Source of the DNA: Parasitella parasitica NRRL 2501
Taxonomy: Eukaryota; Fungi; Mucoromycota
Assembly (NCBI GenBank): GCA_025201805.1
Contig: MU619394.1
Location: forward strand, 1-64,000
Reading direction: 5' to 3'
DNA length: 64,000 nt
Both the position numbers and the translations under genes were made by a program. This document shows, piece by piece, positions 53,560 to 64,000 of this stretch. The notes under the pieces are model-generated. The model was not told where the DNA came from. It saw nothing but the letters and a program-made list of their open reading frames with translations, and searched no databases. How positions within the stretch are numbered: the stretch's first letter is position 1; each line of letters begins with the position of its first letter.

Positions 53560-54935
53560 GTTGTGTTGGCTGTTAGAATTGTGCTGCAATGATACGGTAA
53601 AACTAAACAGTTGTAAACAATCCTCTTTCGATTTCTAAGCAGTGTATTCTATAAAAGAAATATTCAAGGAGCAAAAGAAAGAGAAAAAAAGAAAACAAAA
53701 AAAAAGGGAAAGTATTTAAAAAAACTTGTTGTGTGGAACCATCAACACCATTATTAAAAAACTACAATCAAAGCAAGCAGACAACATGCACATTGTGCTT
53801 ACGTTAAAATAATATAATGGCACCCACCCTAAATCCGCGGTTATTCAAACGAACGCATTATTGTGGGGTTTTTTACAGACACGATATTTGCATTAGCTCT
53901 CCCCGTACACTTGATATCTGTGACAATACCAACCCGTAGTATCATGAGATTTGTATTTTTAATTGATTTCATTACATTGCAATTATGCATACCAGAAATC
54001 ATGCTGTTGATAGGGCGTTGATGGCAATATCTTGATCGGGAAAGTAACAAACTACCATATTAGCGACATGTGGTGTTTCAATTAACGGTTTACACAGTTA
54101 TTCGTTAACCAAGTTTATAAATAAACGCTAATATGCTAATTAACTTATTGAAAAAAATTAACTGTTGAAGATATGAATCAGCAATTCATTGTATTTTCAC
54201 AATGGCCTTGTCTCTGTATTAAAGATTTCATTGAATAATCTAATGACGATCTACACTACATGCAAAGCGGAAGGTGAAAACAACAGATCAAGATATACTC
54301 TTCAGGCACCAAACTTACCATGTAAAAATACAAAATCTCGAGACTGGAGACGCTCAAAATCCCTAAAAACAACACCAACCTAGTACTATTACTTGAAATT
54401 TTTTGCTTTATTTAATTTTATAATAATAATTGGTTAAAATATTACAGGATTGATGGTGAAAATGACATTCGAACAAAGAATATCAGTATCTGCGAAAGCA
54501 ATTACCATTTATGTAGTATGTAAGTCTGGATGCTAAATTGCTCCTCATGATAAAAAAAAAAGGGCCTGAGTGGGATTGGTAATAGATTTCTAATGTATCC
54601 AGAACCTGGTCATATATGTGCAAGTATCTTGAGTTCGCTTTTCAAGTTGGAGCATGCGACAAGCAGTTAATAATATCAGTCCCATGAGTAATTGATAACG
54701 CGCTCGTGTGGACACATGTCTCTGTCATATACACATGAACTCGATATTGTGAATAAAACAATTTTCTATGCGGCTTTCGACTTGATACATACATACAGTA
54801 GTGTACAATAAAGATCCAAGTATCGCGAATGTCTTGATTTAGCAATTTCAAGAAATGCGTGCGTAGCACTTGTGTTTATTTGGAACACAAGTGTGTAACT
54901 ATTTATTATTGTTGTTATTATTATTATTATCATTA

Positions 54936-56876
54936 TTAAAAACCAAAAAGACCGTTCTTTGATAATGCAGATTCTAAATGTAACGGTACAGTCTTTTCTG
55001 CCTCTTCCTCTCTCTTTTTATCCATCTTTTTAGCTGATAATGCACCAATGTTTTTATAGTATTCTATCAGTCGAGTATGTCCACCCGCTTTGGCCAAGTC
55101 GTAAGGTGTTGATGACTTGCTACATGTATTGTAGCTGTTGATATCACATCCATATTTTTCGATGAATAATGTCGCTACTTCAAGATTACCATGACGCGAC
55201 GCCCAGTGCAAAGGAGTTTCTCCCTTGATGTCAGATTGGTTAACTGACAATTGACATGTATTGATCAAAAATAAAACCAGATCAGTGTGGCCGGAGGCGG
55301 ACGCATAATGGAGTGCACTTGAGCCTAAGTATTCAATGCGTCAGAATGTGCGCAACCTTTCGAATTTCTCTCTACCTACCCATGCTATCCACCTGTAAAT
55401 GGTATTCAGGTTGTGTGCGTGATACGATATACTCGACGGTAGCTTTATGACAGTGTTCTGCTGCTACTTGCAGGGCAGATTTGTTTTTCACACCAGCACC
55501 TCTTGCATTAGGGAGATCAGCGCCTGCCTTCAGCAGCATTTCAAGCCCTGGGAGCCAGCCCATACTTGCGGCCAAATAGACAGGAGTTACTTTGTCGTCT
55601 TCCACTTGACTCAGTGTCATGGCATTGGGATTTGCGCCGTTTTCCAAGAGGAAACCAAGTGCGTCTTTTTCTTTTTTCACAACCGCTGCGTGAATCATAC
55701 CATATCCGTATTTAACTGCTTGGTAACTCGACGATTGTTTCGCTGTATTGGGGGACCCACCGCGACGCATGAAATTACTAGCAAGTATTATTGAATACAA
55801 CATGTTCCGCTCACTACAGTCCATAGGTTTTTACTTTACCTGACTATCTTTTTAAAGTTGGGTTCAGTTTTGCTACTTCTAGCTAAATCATCCCAAAGTG
55901 TATCCGAGCCACCAAAAGCGATTGGATCCACCTTGCGCTGCTGGATTTCTGAGCTGTTTACAGAGCCCACATGGCTAGCATTTGTAGCAGATCGAGCGAC
56001 CCCTGATTGTGGAGTATTGCTGACAACATGGGCTACATTTTTATGTGCAAGTACCGGACTTGCAAGAGGCGAAGTAGGACTAGGCTGTTGCATATACTGC
56101 CAAGATCCTTTCCTTGCTGGTATGTATTTGCCATTGAGTGATTCGCCGTCAGTGGTTGCCGAATAAACACTACCAGGGCCAGCATTTGAGGTTTTGCTGA
56201 TTCTGGAAACAGGCGAGTGAGGCGCACCTGAGTTGATCGAAGAAGCATTGGACGAAGAAGAAGCGGTTGAGACGTGTCTGCTAGCTTTGGTTTCGGCTGG
56301 TAATGGAGCAACGGGCAGAGGAGGGGCAAATGAATTAGGGTTTGCTGCTCCATCTGGAACCGAGACAGATGAAGGAGGCGGGCTGCTAGGATTGTCGCTA
56401 TAAGCAGGGTTCAAGTGTGAAGGTGAAGTGCATTCCATTGATGGACTTCCAGGTCTTGCAGCGCTAATTACAGCATATTGCTTGGTCAGCTCAACTGCTC
56501 GCTCGTATTTTTTCCTGAAGAACTGCATTTCTCTGACAGCCTTCTCGTATCTGTGCTGATAACTGTCCTCTGTTAATTGCAATGCATCATTCTCTTGCTC
56601 CAAAATTTCTGATCTTTGCTGGAGAGTTGAGATGAGGCCGTCATAGTCGGTCATTAGTTTAGTAATCTCTATTTGGAAGGCTTCCTTCAATTCACTGTTC
56701 GATATGCGCTGCGTCAACTTCACCAGATTGTCTTTGGGAGTGGTGCGTTGATGCTGTTGGTAGTGTGGTTGGGCCATTGCATTGAGTTCAGGTATACCTT
56801 GGGTTTGGATCCTTTGTATTTGGCAGCTGTTGTCAAATTGATAGCTGATATTGTTTATTGCAGATGGTGTTGTCAT
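54936..56876 (-). CDS. Ankyrin-repeat protein with N-terminal coiled coil, 3 exons
   Basis: TPVYLAASMG, SALQVAAEHCH, SALHYASASGH and GETPLHWASRHGN ankyrin repeats; heptad-rich N-terminal part. Confidence 0.88.
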
Positions 56877-59650
56877 TTACCAATGAAAACAAGAAACAAA
56901 AGGGAAAAGAGAGCAAAGAGTATGAAAAAAGAGAAATAGTAGAATATATAGGGTTTTTCCCAACGGATTACTGCCGCTGAGATCTTCTTGGGGGCGGGTT
57001 AATAAATAAAGGCAATTTTGGATTTTCTATTGTATCCCTTTTTGTGCGTGTTCTCCCCCCCCCCAAAAAAAAAGGCTAGACGATCCCTGGCGCTAGATTC
57101 AAGAAGGCCCTCTAACATAAAAACAATGCAACTTGTGCTTTTAGTTGGCATAAACCCTTTAAATATGACGATATTCACTGAAACAAAGAAAATTTATATA
57201 AAAAGGGACAGGAGGGAAAACAACAAAGAAATTGATGTGTCTTTACTAAGCTATCCTTCTCCTATCTCAGTCATATATGCCTCGGACTTGAGTCATGTAT
57301 GCACTATATGAAGTGTTTCGAAATACACCCTTATCAAAGCAGGCTCCCCATTTATTGTTCCTTCAATTTTCACAGTGTATCTATTTTGATCGGTAAGAAT
57401 ACGCTATGAATGTCGATTTCTCTCAGGACAAGTTCCCTGCAAACATCTTGCTTGTGTCTAAACTGATTTCCGATCATATGAACTTGTCATACAGTAATAC
57501 AAGGAGCGGTGCTCCGTTCTAAATCGCTAATATCATACATGTCTATTTCGTTAGCGCAGAGATCCGCCCATTGTATTAAATGCTCCCCGCTTTTCAGATC
57601 ATTATTACTTTATTAATGAGGAGAACATGGAACAAAGTTTGATGAAGACCTTATACATAGTGGGAGCAATTTGATTGTGCATTTTCTAATTGCACAAAGT
57701 ATTAGGAGCCAGCATCACTCTGCAATATTGTCAAGGCGATGTGCTCTCATTTTTTGTTTGTGTACAAAAATACCTTTATGAAACTGGTGGGCACAAACAT
57801 TTGCTATTGAGAATGTAAAAGATCAAGTGTATCATATGCTCGCCAAAATGATCAGCTTTATACATTAACAATATGCAGCAATAATCGCTATTGTAGAATT
57901 ACACTACATTAGGTAAATATGTCTCTTAATTGACAAACATAACATGCTAAACCCTGATTTGTCTATAATATAGTTTTCTCGCATAAGTAGACTTACATAC
58001 ACAAAAGGGTAGAGTACAAATAAAAAGAAAGTGTGGTTGAAGGTGTCTATCGTCCCAAATGATAAGCATAACAAAGCATACAAAGCCCCTTTTACTGCAA
58101 AAATGATCTCGAAACCAAACAGTTATACAAGATGAACATAATATTATGATGAATGGAGCGATAGTCTGAAACAGTTTAAATGTTCAGGTTACAAATCTAA
58201 ATCTAGTGGCGTTCTGAGGCTACAGGTATAGATAGCATTGTGAATTCAAATTTCCAGAAATTAAATGCAAGGCTTGGATCGCCAAAGCAAGGGTTCAATA
58301 CTGGTAATGACATTTGATGGCGATACACTAGTAAATGTGGACAAAACAATCATTAAATATATTACAACAAATCGATTCAGCATTCAATGTATATGAGCTT
58401 ACTCGTTATTTTCAAAGAAACTTTGCGATCATTGCAAATCAATGGAGGGCGCAGTTCTGATCTGCGACACTCTACATTTTGCATGAAATCTCCTTTCCAG
58501 TAGAACTTTGTAGCGATCATCCAATACTTTTACGTCCCATCAAACTTCAGTGCAACTCAAAATGTAGTAAAATCGAATTGATAACCTCCTTTCCTTACTA
58601 AGATCCAGTTCTTCGTACAACGACGTTAGCGTGCAGGTGATGCCTGCCATCAACGGTAGCAATTTTACTGTGATTGTAGTAGGTAAAGCAAAGTCTTCGA
58701 CTCCCTTCACAGCAACCCTACGTTCTTGCAAATTGCTTACGTGCCTTCTTGCTATTAAGAGATTTACAATGCTCATATCAAATCATGACGAGTAAAGAAT
58801 TTTGCTGATATCACACTTCCACTTAGTTTGATGATGATGTAAAAGTCTCCTGATTACACATTCAGCAAAATCAATGGTGCTTACACCGCAAAAACATCAA
58901 AGTTTTTTCGATCTATGATATTGTTTGATACAAACAATAAATTACACGGGCAAAAATAAGAGAAGCATGTATTTGATTTGAAATGTTGCATTTATCAAAA
59001 GTTGCAGAGTGAGGAACAAGGGATTATTCAGGTTATTATAAAAAAAACTTACAAAACTTCATACATAAAGATCAAACATTAGATGCCAAATCGTGGTTCT
59101 GCTTTAAAGTTTTATCCTTTGGCATTATCGATTCTATTACTTTTCCCCAAGCTTTTCATCTTGCTAGATTCGCCCTCAAGCCAGCATCACTAGCAAACTA
59201 GCAAATTAGACAACGTATCTATTGCTTGATGCCAGACACTTGAGAAGACTCAGCCTTTTAAATTGAGAAACGTTAATTATCATCTACAGTAAATACACTG
59301 AAAAATACGATATAATTGACGGTATTTTAGATGAAAGAAATCGAAAGTGAAAGATTTCAAAAGATCTCATAGCAACTCAACGATATTTATGGTTTAATGC
59401 ATTGATGATTAGACTCCAGATGTGGCTCCATTTAATAGAGTAACTTCTCATGCAAACTTGTACAAGAAAGTAAACCTTTTCATTTTCTCTATTTGCACTA
59501 AAAATGGGGTTTCTGGATATTTTTATTGGGTACTTGTTGCCTTACATCATATATCAAAGACTTTAAATCGGAGTAAGCCATGCCAATGCCTAAAAGAAAT
59601 GCTTCCAATGCCGAAAATTAACGTCATTCCCTTTCTTTTTCGTTACAAAA

Positions 59651-62219
59651 ATGAAAAATTCAGAAAAAGCGGTTAAAAAAACAACAAACAAGATAGTAAA
59701 CAGTGCAGACGACTCTGGTACGAAATACTTTGAAGACAAAAACTACAAGGTCGAAAACCCACTGGATGTGGAATACGTCAATGAGGTTCATGTAACTGAT
59801 TTTATGAAGGCACTTGCTTACGATCCCGTCAAAGGGGTTGATACATCAAATGCTGAACATATCTCGGCATGGACAGATGCACTTCCAGTGAGAAGTACTT
59901 CCAGTAGCACTAGAAATCAAAAAAAACCTTCCAAGAGAAAATTAAGAGAACAAGAAGCAGCAAAACCAAAGGGTATATCTCACTCTCTGCTACAATACCC
60001 CTTGATCGTAAGTTTGTTTGACTTTTATCCTTGCATTGCTGTTACTGAATCGGATGTCTATAGCTCATAATCGGCCTCATCATGTTTGTTGAATTGGTTG
60101 CTTATATATCGCTACGTCAAATTGTTCGCATTTGGGAAAATTTGTTTAGTTGGTAAGAGCATCACCATGATGGTATCTAGTACAATATACTAATATAAGA
60201 AAAATAGGAGAGGCAAAAAAAGGACGCTTCGAAACAACCTACGAGCCTCCAAGACTTACAAGGAATGGTGCGAATCTGCTGACGCTTTGGACAAATACAT
60301 GCATAAGGATGAGTGGAAAAAGACAATTCCTTTTGCATATTATGACTATCGTTTGCTACAGAAAGTCGTTAAACATTTGAAAATGTACCGTCAAGGTGAT
60401 ACAATTGAGGATACAACCAAGCTGATGGATGTGTTGTATGTATGTTTGAAACAGAATTTTGCTGGAATCGAGAATGCGAAACTATACAGCAACACTTATT
60501 TGGGCACAAAATTTCTGATTGAGGAATACGTTGAAGAAGTTACTCGGTCCATTGAAGCACTTGCGACAAACAAGCATATTGCTGACGAAGAGAAAAGACT
60601 CGCTTTCAAATTGTATTCCAAGAATTACGGTCGCACGGCATTTTGCTTATCAGGTGGTGCTGGCTTTGGATACTATCATTTGGGCGTCATTCGAGCATTG
60701 TTGGATCGTGGATTGTTGCCTTCCATCATCACAGGCACATCTGCTGGATCACTTATGGGGGCGATTGTGTGTACTCGTACAAACGAAGAATTGGGTCAGA
60801 TTTTGAATCCTGAATTATCCCGCAGAATTCGCATTTGTCAGGATAGCTGGCCGACTAAACTCTTCCGGTTTGTCTCACAAGGATCTTTGTTTGATGCTGA
60901 ACAATGGTGCCGCGAGGCAATGTGGTTTTGTAAAGGCTCACTTACATTTAAAGAAGCCCATGAGAGAACTGGCCGTATCTTCAATGTGTCAGTCATCCCG
61001 TATGATCCTCATTCTCCACCCAAGCTCTTGAATTACCTCACAGCGCCAGATTGTGTCATTTGGAGCGCCGTGCTTGCTTCGGCTGCGATCCCTGGTGTAA
61101 GTTGTATTATACATTATGCCCACTGTTTGGGGACATTGGGGTTAATGGAACTAAACACATCTCTTGCGGTTTTAGATTTTGAATCCCGTGGTTCTTATGC
61201 AAAAGAAGCGCAACTCCACGCATTTGATTCCTTACAATTATGGACACAAGTTTAAGGATGGCAGTTTATCCACAGATATTCCTACCTTGGCTCTGAACAC
61301 TCAATTCAATGTCAATTATACTATCGTTAGCCAAGTAAATCCCCATGTACATGTCTTTTTCTACGCTAATCAAGGTAGTCCTGGAAGACCAGTAACCCAT
61401 CTACAAGGCCGTGGATGGCGTGGCGGCTTCTTGGCATCTACAATTGAACAAATGTTGAAGCTGGATTTAGCAAAGTGGCTTAAAGTTCTGAGATCTTTAA
61501 AGCTACTACCAAAAGTGCATGATCAAGATTGGAGTTCAGTTTGGTTACAAAAGTTTGACGGCAATGTTACTATATTGGTAAGCTCATAATCATTGCAATA
61601 CACACCAAAGACGAAAGCAAGGCTTATTTATTTTCCATACTGCTAAACATTTTTATAGCCTAAATCCGACCTCTCAGATTGGCTCTACACTGTCGCAGAT
61701 CCTGACCCTGATAGACTCAAGAAATTGATGAGTATTGGTCAGATTCGAACCTGGCCTAAGGTCTCGATGATTTCCAATAGAATGCGTATTGAATCATCTA
61801 TAGAAAAAGTTCGTAAAATGATCCGCATGTCATCCAGTAAGAACAGCCGTGCTTTTAGTCGATCTAATAGTCAGTACGATGCCGAAAACGACAAGTTATC
61901 ACAATATTTTGATAATCAAGATGCTATAAACAATTGCCTGAATCACAGCGATGTGGGTAGTGGCGATGAATTAGTATTCTTAAGCCGACGTCGTGTAAGT
62001 ATGCCTGATGGCTCCTCCCAGCATTTGCAAGACAAGGATTTCTTCAAGGAGCAAAAGAGAAGACGCAAATTTATGGCGCAGTTTTTGGATTCATCAAAAG
62101 AGCAAGGAAGCAACAGCACTCAGCCTTCTACTCTCTTGTTCGATTCTCATTCAGATGATTCAGACTCTTTTTCTTCACCTCCACCAAGTTCTCCAGAAGA
62201 CTATATTCCCCATCATTAA
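59651..62219 (+). CDS. Patatin-like triacylglycerol lipase (Tgl3/4/5 family); start uncertain
   Basis: YGRTAFCLSGGAGFGYYHLGV (oxyanion loop), GTSAG nucleophile, LLNYLTAPDCVIWSAVLASAAIPG, KDGS, FNVNYTIVSQVNPH. Confidence 0.93.
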
Positions 62220-62424
62220 AATCTTCAAATTTTTCGTTTCTATTTTAATTTATTTCTATTTCTTCTTGCATAAACATCCATAAATATAGAATAAAGGAAA
62301 ACAGAACAGTAATGCATACACATGATATTTGAAAAACAAAAACTTCAAAAGCTTGACATCAGATCACATATTAAAAAATGGGTCACCAATAAAGAAATTT
62401 AATGCATGCTTTTTATTTTGCCTC

Positions 62425-62676
62425 TTACAATCCTTTTTCACAATTCAAGCATCTCTGCCAGAACGTCAAAGAATGCTTTATCCAATTCTCGCAGCCTTCT
62501 CTGCTGATGTAAAATGATGCATTGCGAATACGATCAGAGATTTTTTTATTCTGCCTGACAGAAGAGGGATCGTTATTTACAACAGTCTTCAGCTTGGACC
62601 AAAACTCTTCGATTGGATTCAAAAAAGGAGAATAAGGGGGCAAAAAGAGAAGTTTATAGCCACGTTGATCTGCCAT
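62425..62676 (-). mobile_element. Tc1/IS630-type DDE transposase C-terminal fragment
   Basis: RGYKLLFLPPYSPFLNPIEEFWSKLK...CENWIKHS; the upstream part is missing. Confidence 0.85.
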
Positions 62677-64000
62677 GATTATAGACAGGAGATCATGGCA
62701 ATGTACTTCAATTGAAGATTGAGGATTGTTGTCTAATGATGTGATTTGATACGCTTGTGTAAATTGGAGAATAAAGTCTCTGTTTCAAATCAAGAAGGTT
62801 ATTCATGTAATAAGTAACACAGATCTGAGCACCAGGATAAAGTTTAAGGCTCTGTCAAATCAAAGACGTGTAGCCCTTGCTGTATAACCTCATACCGTAC
62901 CCTGCTGTCAAGTAGATTGTCACTGTGAATTAGTCTTGTCAATTAGTAATCTAAATAAGTCACCATAAATTTATGTAGTTGTAAAAAGTATAAATAGCAG
63001 ATGCAATTTCGATCTTAAATAAAGTATCTTTAGTTTTCGTATCTCGTTAAACTTTGGTTTTTATTATCTTTTTTGATCCAACAATTACGTTAAAATAACA
63101 CATTTGCACAACATTTCGCTGTGCGCATTATATTGGGTGAAACGGAGATGATTTTAAAGAGAACACATTCCAATACTATTTTTTGAGATACTAAGCAATG
63201 AAAATTAGGGATATGCGCAATTTGCAATGGAAACATATTTCTGAGCTTGAATTTACCACTGCGAATACAGCTTTTTATTGCAGTGAAGCACTTATTTCAA
63301 TTAAGGAGCAGAGCATGAAACCCAAAAACAACCTGGTTATGTCTTTACATGAATCGATACCCAAGATGCTGTGAAATATGAATATAAAAGCTATTTTCAT
63401 GTGACTTTATGTTTAGGTTAAAATAAATGTCACCTAATCATGACCATCACCTTTTTCCCCGCTTAAAGGCATTAGTCTACAATCTCTGATATCTTTACAA
63501 ACTAGTAAGTGATAAAGACACAACCTTCAGCCAACATCTTATTTTTTTGCGTCCTTCTACAGCATATCCAAGTTTCATGCATCACTGACCATTTTTCAGA
63601 TTTTGCTATGTTTGGACCCCAAACCTCAGATTCGATTTTCAATTTTCAACTTTGGATCAACCTTCAGGGTCATTTTTAGGTACGGATTTGAGGTCCAAAC
63701 TAAGAATCAAGGCTAATACTAGTATGACAACTGTAACTCACTACGTCTTTCGATTCTCGATATCTATCTTTGTTGTCGAGATATTACCACAACTAGATTT
63801 TTCAGATTTTGCGGATTTTACAGTATATGTTCCTATTACAAGTACCTTATTTTGCAACTAAACCAAGTTGACATTCCTAAGTAAAGTAATAAAGCACATT
63901 TTGGTACACTTACTGGTGTTAAACATGTTGTACAAAAGCTCGAATTTGACAATCTAGAGCCAATTTTGTCTTTTTACATTAAACTTTGTCCCCCTATTTC

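Noticed and set aside
59504-59663. 20-codon uORF or alternative first exon (gtaagc donor at 59573) upstream of the lipase
   Set aside because: No in-frame ATG joins it consistently to the lipase; cannot be resolved without transcripts.
63611-63700. Imperfect ~16-bp inverted repeat (gtttggaccccaaacc / ggatttgaggtccaaac)
   Set aside because: Isolated, with no TSD or associated ORF; likely a relic that cannot be classified.

Overview
Eukaryotic, intron-rich, AT-rich genomic DNA with short (~45-65 nt) GT-AG introns. Gene content and intron style point to a Mucorales fungus (inference). About 19 intact protein genes are recognisable: velvet regulator, Nuc1/EndoG nuclease, seryl-tRNA synthetase, mitochondrial carrier, Rrp41, Rax2-SH3, Abp1/drebrin-like protein, MaoC hydratase, ABCC transporter, aspartic protease, GATA factor, S10 carboxypeptidase, SAMHD1-like dNTPase, MARK/Kin1-like kinase, ankyrin protein, patatin TAG lipase, and three small spliced ORFs. 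They are interspersed with decayed mobile DNA. The main find is an intron-containing, 5'-truncated Fanzor (eukaryotic TnpB-derived RNA-guided nuclease) relic at ~36.2-37.7 kb on the minus strand. Just after its stop codon, where the omegaRNA is expected, lies a 63-nt spliceosomal-type intron; removing it creates a perfect 10-bp hairpin stem, suggesting a spliced guide-RNA scaffold. Also present: a 480-bp pogo-like non-autonomous element with perfect 23-bp TIRs and TA target duplication, several decayed copies of a REase-like gene family, a ~371-bp tandem repeat, and a Tc1/IS630 fragment. No rRNA, tRNA or CRISPR array was seen. All calls come from reading the sequence by eye; no database searches were run.
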